Shown here in pieces: positions 54,901 to 64,000 of a stretch of 64,000 bases of DNA. The notes beneath the pieces are model-generated. The model saw only the letters and a list, made by a program, of their open reading frames with translations, was not told where the DNA came from and made no database searches. This DNA comes from Eledone cirrhosa (taxonomy: Eukaryota): positions 330,894,001 through 330,958,000 of the forward strand of contig OZ024740.1 of the NCBI GenBank assembly GCA_964016885.1. Reading direction: 5' to 3'. Both the position numbers and the translations under genes were made by a program. The stretch's first letter is position 1, and each line of letters opens with the position of its first letter.

Positions 54901-56682
54901 GTCAGATTCTTTTATTTTCATCCATTCGATCATAATTTCATCCTTCAAGCTGGCAAGTTCATTCTCATTCATTTCTTTATCATTTACGATCTCATTATTT
55001 TCATTTGGAGTTTCATCTTGAGCATGCACTTCCTCCACTGTTTCGATCCTTTCTTTAATTTGTTCTGTTGCCAGTGATTCCGCCCCAACCCTGGGATTCG
55101 AAGTGTTACAATTTACCTCGTTTTCACTGACACATGTTTCATTTTCCCTTCGCTGACTTTGTGCTAATAGCTTGATCTGATCAATTTCTATATCAGTTAG
55201 TAACTTTTTTCTTACAATATTTCTTCGTATATTGGCTAGTTTGTTACTGTCAATATAGCCTCTGTTTTCGGGATGTTTCTTTTTCCAGTTGATATATGTC
55301 TGTTCTGTATTCGATGTATTTGATGGGTAGTACATGGCAGTGTAGAAAGCCTCAAGGACTTCTTTATTATCTTCCCATGACCATTTTTCTCTATTTTTAT
55401 TTGGATTTCTTGGTTGTGAGCATGGAGGGCCAACAGTAGGAGTATTCCGGTTATGGGAGGTCTCCAGCTCCGAAGTGATGGGAAGGTTTGAACCATTAGC
55501 TGATTTTTCGTCCCCAGTCTGGATCCTCTCTGAGGGGCGCGGCCCTTTTTACCCGGGTGACGGCCGATCCGGTATGAGATTTTATCATTAGACATTTACT
55601 TTATTTTGTCGCGTTTTATCCTTATCCGCCAAGGGGTAATCATTTCGTGTTACCACTTCTAGAACGAGTGTCAACCAAGACTAGAGGGGTCGTTCTCCCC
55701 TAGAGACACGGCTATTCCCCGCCGGCCGCCATCCCGATATTTCTTGGTCACGGTGTCTTCTTTTTGTTGTTTTTTTTTTATTGTTATTATCATGAGTGGT
55801 TCCTTAATGTGAGCATTGCGTGGCTTAAGAATGAAATTATTAATAATTGTCTCCACTCCAGGCACAAGGCCAGCAATCACCCAGTGCATCAAAATAATAT
55901 AATATACTTTTTGCTGAAGTTGCCTGTTATTGTTGTTGGCTATGTCGGTGGTGGTGATGGGGCTTTTTATATTGTTGGTGAGGAAGGGGTGAGCCAGCAG
56001 TGCCATAGTTGTTGATGTTGACGTTTGGCCGGTGGCCAGGTCACTAAGTCAATCTATTTATATCTTTTGCTAGCCTCTCCCTTGTCTAGTGATACCGCCA
56101 CCTTCTCCTTTCTTAAGTTAACAGGGGAATAGTGGTGGTAGCAATGAAGGAGTGGTGGCGGTGGTGATGGGATAGTGGTAGCAATGATGGATGTAGTGGT
56201 GGCGGCGGTGGCGTTGTCGTTACTGAGTTTTGTGATATGTAGTATGTGAGTTTGTGTCGCGTATGTTTAATATATATTGTGTTGACATATTCCCTTAAAA
56301 TTGGAATTAAACATTTTGTTAAAACTTGAGACAATAATAATAGTAATTATTATTATGATGCTGGGATTGGTGGTGGTGGTGTATCAAGTTTCTGATGTTG
56401 GTGAAATTGCTGTTATTTGGCTGTTCTATATAGTGTAGACAGAGGGTGTTTTCTTCCATTTATAACCATTTTCTTCTTTGAATACAAAATATATAATACA
56501 ACATTGAATATTTGAGCTATATATCAATATAATATGGATCCGAAATTTTATGGGACTAGATTCGGTGGTTTATGCAACATTTGTACTAAGAATTGTTATT
56601 TCACAATTGATTTAAATATGTTAAAAATCAAAAAACTTACTGGAGCGATTTCATAACCTTCTACCACCTCGTGCGTCTTCCC
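51922..56682 (-). mobile_element. Essentially full-length Dong/R4 family B LINE, pseudogenised
   Basis: ORF pieces 55595 to 52067: NYRPITCL, QRGCKRGSYG, DYKKAFDS, FQGDSLSP, YMDD, KYLG, CRVCKK..H..C, RPD..IDMSVP; (TAA)n at both ends. Confidence 0.93.
55838..55890 (-). mobile_element. SINE 3' fragment inside the R4-B leader
   Basis: gcactgggtgattgctggccttgtgcc...acaattatt. Confidence 0.75.
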
Positions 56683-56688
56683 TTATTA

Positions 56689-59600
56689 AGCTTTCAGACT
56701 AGTGGCCGTCTATGCCCCGACAGGAGCAGGGCGGTCTGATTTCTTCCGGCGTCTGGAGACATTTCTTGGAACGTCCCGCTCTTTAGTGTTAGTGGGCGAC
56801 TGGAACGGGATCTTAGATGCACGCTGGGACTGTGTGGGATTAGCGGATAGGGGTGGAGGGTGCAAGAGCCTCACCAACCTGCTCAGGCGTTTTGAACTGT
56901 CTGACAGGTACCGATTGGATTTCCCGAATGTGCCAATGTGGACTTGGACAATCCGCATAGGGTCATCCAGATCATATCTAGATAGAGTATTTTGTAGGGA
57001 AATAGATAGGTCTAGCATAGGCTGTCCACAATTCAAGATAGTCAGCTACACGGACCACAAATTCGTGATCTGTGTGCTTGACTTAGATAGGCTTCATAGA
57101 CGAGGACCCGGCTACTGGAATCTAAACGCGTCCTTACCAGCGCGCAAGGCCTACAGAGACCGGATTAGCGAACTAGTTAAGCGGGCGTTGACGGGGGCCA
57201 TCGTCAACAACAAGTGGTGGTTTGCTCTGAAAAGAGCGATTAGAATAGAATCGATTAGGTTTAGTAAGGCTTTAGCAATAGAGAAAAATAGAGCAGAGGG
57301 AGAACTAGTTAGAAAATTAGACGAGGCGCTTAGCAAAGGCATTGCGACCGACGTGCTTGCGGCGAAATTGGCCCTTGACCAATTCTTCAATGCAAAGCAC
57401 GAAGGCTGCGTTGTCAGAGCAAGGGTGCGTGCTCTCAGACACGAGGGGACGAAAGCCGTTCAATGGGCCCGAGTGGCGGAGGCGCGTCGTGGCAACAAAG
57501 CCACGATCCGGTCTTTGGTGGACCACGACGGGCGCATGCTACTCGATCCCGGGAAAATGTGTGAAGCTTTTCAGCGACACGTCGCTCAGCTGTTCGGGGG
57601 CAGCGGTGGGCCGGGTAGAGGGATGGACTTTAGTGTCTACCTCGACGGACTGCCGCGGCTGTCGGCCACTGAGGCGGAGTGTTGCGAAAAGCCGATAACA
57701 GCCGCTGAAGTAAGGGAGGCAATGTCTGGCTGCACAAGGGGTAAATCGCCTGGTTTGGATGGTCTGCCCTATGAACTTTACGTACAGATGCCAGACTTGT
57801 TCGGAGGCCTCTTGGCGGACGTCTACTGCAACTGGCAACAGAACGGGAGAATTCCCAGTTCTGTGAGCCGAGGATCGGTGGCACTGCTGAGAAAGGATCC
57901 GAACAAGGGGGATAACATAGAAAATTTCCGGCCCATAACTCTGCTAAACACAGAGTTTAAGATTTTGGCCAAGGTGCTAGCAAAGAGGTTGGCGCTTGTC
58001 GTTGGTGGACTGGTGGGAGAGGCGCAGACATGCGCCATTCCCGACAGAAACATCCACGACAACCTCCACCTCATGCGATACATCGTAGAGAGGGTAGCTA
58101 GGGAACCTGGCACGGGTGGGTCCTTGATCAATTTAGATCAGTCGAAAGCTTTCGATAGGGTCGACCATCGTTACCTAGCGGCAGTCCTGAGGGCGGCTGG
58201 CTTTGGGCCCGTCTTCAGAGGCTGGATCGCTGCCATGCACAGCGACATCTGCTCTGTGGTGAGAGTGAACGGTCACCTGTCGGAACCGTTCAACATCATG
58301 CGCACGGTCCGCCAAGGATGTCCCCTCTCGTCCCTCTTGTACGTATTGACTCTCGAGCCATTACTGCACAAACTGGAGACGTTGAGGGGAGTCCCGCGCG
58401 AATTAGGATGCGGAAGATCCGTGTCAGCATATGCGGACGATGTCACCGTAGTGGTGTCGAACGCCAAACACATCGAGGCGATCGGCACTACACTAAGAGA
58501 ATACGAAGCGGTGACAGGAGCAATGATCAACCAGGAAAAGTCAGTGGGCCTGCAGCTCGGCACCTGGAGAGGCAGGTCCATGCCGTCCAACAGCGTCATC
58601 GGACGCTGGACGGACGGACCGGTTAAATTGCTAGGGGTCTGGTTCGGTCCGGACCTCCAGACGGACAAAAACTGGGACGAGGTAACGAGCAGGGTGGCTT
58701 CTCTTACCCAGAAATGGGCGGAGAGGAAGCTATCCCTGAAAGGTCGAGCGGAGGTGGCTAACGCGTACATCGCGTCTGTCATCTGCTACCGCCTGACCGT
58801 CGTACCTTGTCCTAAGCCTCGCCTGACTGCGCTGGAGCGTTTGCTCTTTCGCTTTTTGTGGAAGGGACGTGCTCCGATGGTCAGGCGGTCCATCTGTTGT
58901 CAACACCCGCTACGTGGAGGGCTGGGCATGCCGTGGCTGATGATGCGCAGGCACGCGCTCAGGCTACGACATCTCTACCTCTTCCTCGACGGTGATCAAG
59001 TGAGGTCGCCGTTTGCTAGGCGCGTATTTCCCCAGCTCCTTTCCTTGACGGAGCTGCAGTCCTGGGTCAAGCGAAGACCGAGAGGGAGCGCCTGGAGACT
59101 GGAATGTCTTCAGGCGCTCACAGCCCTCGACCAATCGGGCAATGTGATCGGTGGAAACTCCACCTCGGCGTTCTATAGAGGATTAGTGGAGGGTAAGAGC
59201 GACGACGTACTTGGGGAAACTCTAGGCGTCGACGAAAATCAACTAGCCAATCTCTTCGGAAGAACTTTCGGGCCGGGGCCTATGGACAACTTCCAGAAAT
59301 CTCTGGCCTGGCAGTGCTACCGAGGAGCCTTGCCAGTTCGGGATAAACTCTACAGGCATGGAGGTGCCGTCAGCCGGGCATGTCCGAGATGCGCGCAGGG
59401 CGACGAAACCGTCCTCACACACTCGTCCAGTGTCCGAAAATTGCTGACTTGTGGGTTTATGTCGAACACCTGCTGTCGCGTTTAGGACGGATCCGGCTAT
59501 CATCTGAGTCCATCGTGAGGATTGCCCCGCCCTCCTCCTTTAGCCGGGAAGGGCAGGTAGTTTTTATCTGTCTGGTGGCCATGGCGAAAGAGATAGTATG

Positions 59601-60058
59601 GTGGACACGTTTGAAAGGGCTGAAGACGAGCACTTACCTCTTCGGTGATGCTCTGATTGACTTTTTCAAATTTCATTTGAAAAGGAAAATCAGAGTAGAG
59701 AGGGAAGTGCTCTCTTCCCAGCATTTTGTTGAAAGATGGGTGAGAGAAGCAAGAATGGCCCGAGTGAATGGGCCTACTCTGAGTATATATCTGTAAATTA
59801 AAGGTGGAAAACTGGGAGAGGGCACTTGCCTTGGTGGTCAGGGTCATTGTGGCTTTTTACTGGGCTTTCTCCACAAATGTCCCTCCGAAGTCTCCCCCCC
59901 TATTGGGGAATTTTTCATTGTTATTTTCATTGTCATTTTTGTTACATCCTCTGTTTTTGTTTTTTACACGCAGAAATGCCCATTTGTACCGTCCTGCATT
60001 GTCCTGCACTGTCCTTTATGTCTACTTTATGTAAACCCTTGTGGTTAATAAAGAAATC
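56689..60058 (+). mobile_element. Tx1-type L1 element copy 2 (5'-truncated, intact 3' end)
   Basis: APE, RT and C-terminal Cys motif; AATAAA at 60047, then (ATT)n; ttatta at the 5' junction. Confidence 0.93.
56702..59796 (+). CDS. Tx1 ORF2 (apurinic-like endonuclease plus RT); one frameshift near 59420
   Basis: VYAP, GDWN, SYLDRVF, TDH, GPGYWNLN, KSPGLDG, DQSKAFDRV, RQGCP, YADD, CPRC. Confidence 0.88.
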
Positions 60059-60093
60059 ATTATTATTATTATTATTATTATTATTGTTGTTAT

Positions 60094-60858
60094 TCCTTGA
60101 ATCTCAGTCATTGATGTTGGTTAACTGGAAAGTCCGTTGGATTGAATATCAAGCCACTACCTGCAGCCTCAGATATTCAGGACGTATCGGAGGGTTCTTG
60201 CTGTTCCAAGCAAGCATGCCTTTTGAAGCGTTCCAAAAAGCGTGAAGGGGCCGATTTTCTTTAACCATCCCTGGAAACTTTTGGAGATAGTCCCCAGTGC
60301 GCCTATGACAATCGGGATCACTTTGACTTCATGGCAGTTCCAAATCCTTTTCACCTCCCACTTTAGGTCCTGGTATCGGTTAATTTTCTCCCTTTCCTTC
60401 TCTTGCACTATCGTGTCGAACGGGCAGGCCACATCCACAATCAGACACGATCTTTTTTCTTTGTCCACAACCACCAGGTCAGGTCTATTGTGTTCCAGTT
60501 TTTTGTCCGTCTGTATCCTAAAATCCCACAGCACCTTCACCTGATTGTTCTCCATCACCGCCTCTGGCCTATGCTCATACCATTTCTCAGAATGTGGTAA
60601 ATTGTTTACTTTGCACAGGTGCCAGTGGATCACCCTGCCCATCACATCGTGTCTCCAGCCCTTATAGTGGGTCTGGGCTAGGTGTTTACACTCGGACACA
60701 ATGTGAGCCACAGTCTCCTCTCTCTCTCCACAGATCCTGCACAGTGGGCTAGCCTCCTCCTTGTAGATATGGTACTTCAACCACTTCGTTTTGAGGGCCT
60801 GCTCCTGCGCAGCCATTAGCATTCCTTCTGTAGCCTTTTTGAGGTCTCCTCTTCTCAA
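60094..60858 (-). mobile_element. Dong/R4 family A 3' fragment
   Basis: 229-aa CCHC plus RLE ORF; (TTA)n on both sides. Confidence 0.93.
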
Positions 60859-60908
<50 letters not shown>

Positions 60909-60920
60909 GTTGTTGTTATT

Positions 60921-63900
60921 CCTTGAATCTCAGTCATTGATGTTGGTTAACTGGAAAGTCCGTTGGATTGAATATCAAGCCACTACCTGCAGCCTCAGAT
61001 ATTCAGGACGTATCGGAGGGTTCTTGCTGTTCCAAGCAAGCATGCCTTTTGAAGCGTTCCAAAAAGAGTGAAGGGGCCGATTTTCTTTAACCATCCCTGG
61101 AAACTTTTGGAGATAGTCCCCAGTGCGCCTATGACAATCGGGATCGTTTTGACTTCATGGCAGTTCCAAATCCTTTTCACCTCCCACTTTAGGTCCTGGT
61201 ATCGGTTAATTTTCTCCCTCTCCTTCTCTTGCACTCTCGTGTCGAACGGGCAGGCCACATTCACAATCAGGCACGATCTTTTTTTCTTTGTCCACAACCA
61301 CCAGGTCAGGTCTATTGTGTTCCAGTTTTTTGTCCGTCTGTATCCTAAAATCCCACAGCACCTTCACCTGATTGTTCTCCATCACCGCCTCTGGCCTATG
61401 CTCCTACCATTTCTCAGAATGTGGTAAATTGTTTACTTTGCACAGGTGCCAGTGGATCACCCTGCCCATCACATCGTGTCTCCAGCCCTTATAGTGGGTC
61501 TGGGCTTGGTGTTTACACTCGGACACAATGTGAGCCACAGTCTCCTCTCTCTCTCCACAGATCCTGCACAGTGGGCTAGCCTCCTCCTTGTAGATATGGT
61601 GCTTCAACCACTTCGTTTTGAGGGCCTGCTCCTGCGCAGCCATTAGCATTCCTTCTGTAGCCTTTTTGAGGTCTCCTCTTCTCAACCAGTTCCATGTCTG
61701 TGGATCTCTAAATTCAGTTTTCTCAAAGAAGGTACTATGAAGGGATTTTCCCTTAAGGCTGCTCTTCCTCCTTGATGTTATTTCCTCCTTGGACATCCCC
61801 TGGCCTACTGTCCCCTCCTTCAGTACAGTTCTGAGCATTGGCTCCTTACTATAGGTCACGTATTTGTATAGGTTGTTTTTCTCCATCTGAACACAGTCCT
61901 CTATGCTGATAAGACCTCTTCCACCCTCAGATCTCCTTAGGTAGAGTCTATCGACATCACTCCTCTTGTGGAACATGTTGTAGATAGTCAATAGCTTCCT
62001 AGTCTTCCTATCCATTTCTTTTTGTTCAGCAACATTCCATCTCAGAATTCCCGCACTGTACCTGATAATAGACACAGCTCGGGAATTTACTGCGCTTATG
62101 GCATTTCTGCTGTTCAGATGTGACTTCAATACGCTCCTTACTCTCCGAATGTATTCAGTTCTTAACAATTCCTTCATTTTTTTGTTCTTTATGCCATCAG
62201 CCTCCAGAACGCCCAAATACTTGTATCCTTCCTCAGAGTCACCTACCCTCTTCATCACAATGACTCCACATTTACCAATACCAAACTGCATACATATATC
62301 ACTGCTGAAAATACGGACAGTGTCAACAAGCACATCCAACTCCTTCTCACTTTTCCCGAAGAGCTTAAGATCGTCCATGAAGAGGAGGTGATTGATGGTA
62401 AGCTCTCCCCTTCCCAACTTGTATCCTGCTCTCACTTTTCGCAGCATAATGGTCAAGGGCATCAGGGCAAGGACAAACAACAGAGGGGACAGGCTATCTC
62501 CCTGGAAGATACCTCTCTTGATCTTCACGCTTCCCAAGGATACTCCAGTTGATGTCAACTCTGTCTCCCAGGACCCCATACTCCTGCCTAGCAACTGTCT
62601 GATGTTATCTGCCACCCTGAAGATCTCCAGGCTTTTGGTGATCCAGGAATGAGGCACCATGTCAAATGCCTTTCTGTAGTCTATCCATCCCATGGCAAGA
62701 TCAGTGTGTCTCCTCCTGCAATTCCCCATTACCATCCTATCAATAAGTAACTGGTCCTTTGTACCACGTGACTTCTTTCGGCATCCTTTCTGTTCGTCCG
62801 GTAACAAGTTGTTTGTGTGGAGGTGATGGTAGATTTCCTCAGACACAATGCTCGTCAACAGTTTCCACATTACGGACAGACATGTGATAGGTCTATAGTT
62901 GGTAACATCATTACCCTTGATTCGGTCTTTCATTATCAGAACTGTGGTACCTTTTGTCAACCACTCTGGCACCTCACCCGACACCAAGCAGTCATTGAAC
63001 ATGGCCGTCAGCTTCGGGTGGAGGGATGTTAAATGTTTAATCCAATACCCCTGCACACCATCTGGGCCTGGTGATTTCCAGTTGGTTAGTTTTTTGGCCT
63101 GCCCCTTAAGAGTTTCAACTGTGATACTCAAATCAGTTTGTTGCTGTGCCTGCTCACCGATCTCCCTCTGTACTGTCTCAATCCACCCTGCCTGGGCATT
63201 GTGTCTAACATCCTGCTCCCATATTCCTCTCCAGAATGTTTTAGTTTGTTCCGCCCCAGGGATCAAGTCGTTGCCTCTTTCTTTCCCCTCAAGCTGTCCA
63301 AACAGCATCTTCTGGTTGTTGTCGAACATGCGGTTCTGTTTATACTGACTGACTCTGTTCTCGTATCGTCTGATTTTTGCACTCTTTGCTACAATGCGTT
63401 GCTTCAATTCCTCTATGATAATATTTAGCTTTTTACTCCTAGTTTTGTATTTTATTTCCAGTCTATTTTTAGTGCCTATGTTTTTTAGTGTCCCATTCAT
63501 TAGTGACTCAAGCTTTCCTATGTCATTTCTCATTTCCCCGATTTGCCCACTCAGTCGCTTCTTCCACCACGGCTCTGCTCTTTCTTGTCTGTTGTTTCCT
63601 CTCGCTTTTATACCAAGTAGTTTCCTCACCGTATTTGCTGTTGCTTTGAGGATATTGTTGCACTGGTGAAGGTTCCTCGCCTCAATGTATGGGATGACTT
63701 TGTTTACCTTAGCTGTTGTTTCTTTTAACTTTTTCCTGTCTACAAATCTTAGGTTCATAGGTCTCTCACTATCATTGTTCAATTCATCTACCACTAAATT
63801 TAGGATGTCAACCGAATCTTGTCCTAGTCCGTCAGCATTCATCTCCTCAGTGGCCGTATCTCTGTTCCAGGTATTATTTATCTCAGTATTCAGGTCATTG

Positions 63901-64000
63901 TCTGCTTCGGGTGGTTCCTCCGTTCTCAGGACCTCTTCACCTTCATTTCCCACTGGCTCGCTTGTCTGGCATACTACACCCGCCATCTCCAAGCCATTCT
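60921..64000 (-). mobile_element. Dong/R4 family A long copy (runs off the window)
   Basis: 862-aa ORF 61404-63992 with RT (YRPITCL, QKGC, DYRKAFD, FQGDSLSP, FMDD) and CCHC; stop at 61404 and frameshift near 61280 before the RLE end. Confidence 0.95.

Noticed and set aside
56113-56458. Conserved upstream ORF in the R4 leader
   Set aside because: Reading frames and stops differ among the four leader copies, so coding constraint is not shown

Overview
Eukaryotic (animal) genomic DNA, AT-rich and dense in microsatellites. No intact host protein-coding gene could be supported. The repeat mix (Meta-core tRNA SINE, many Penelope-like elements, Dong/R4 LINEs) suggests an octopus-like cephalopod, but this is inference. 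Bases ~5-41 kb hold Penelope-like elements (PLEs) and their hammerhead-ribozyme (HHR) pseudo-LTRs, mostly in fold-back or tandem arrangement next to (TA)n tracts. The same stretch has decayed RTE and mariner remnants, SINEs and a truncated tRNA-Lys. Bases ~41.4-64 kb are an uninterrupted stack of nine non-LTR retroelement copies or fragments, most joined by (TAA)n/(TTA)n: two Dong/R4 families on the minus strand and a Tx1-type L1 on the plus strand. The most interesting observations are four. (1) The two divergent R4 families share one 5' leader with a conserved splice-donor-like motif. (2) The Tx1 element appears to target (ATT)n. (3) A 1.07-kb HHR-bearing unit is repeated 2.4 times in tandem, retrozyme-like. 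(4) A TALE (Pbx/Meis) motif cluster near 4.0-4.2 kb may be host regulatory DNA. All calls were made by eye, so boundaries may be off by a few to tens of bases.
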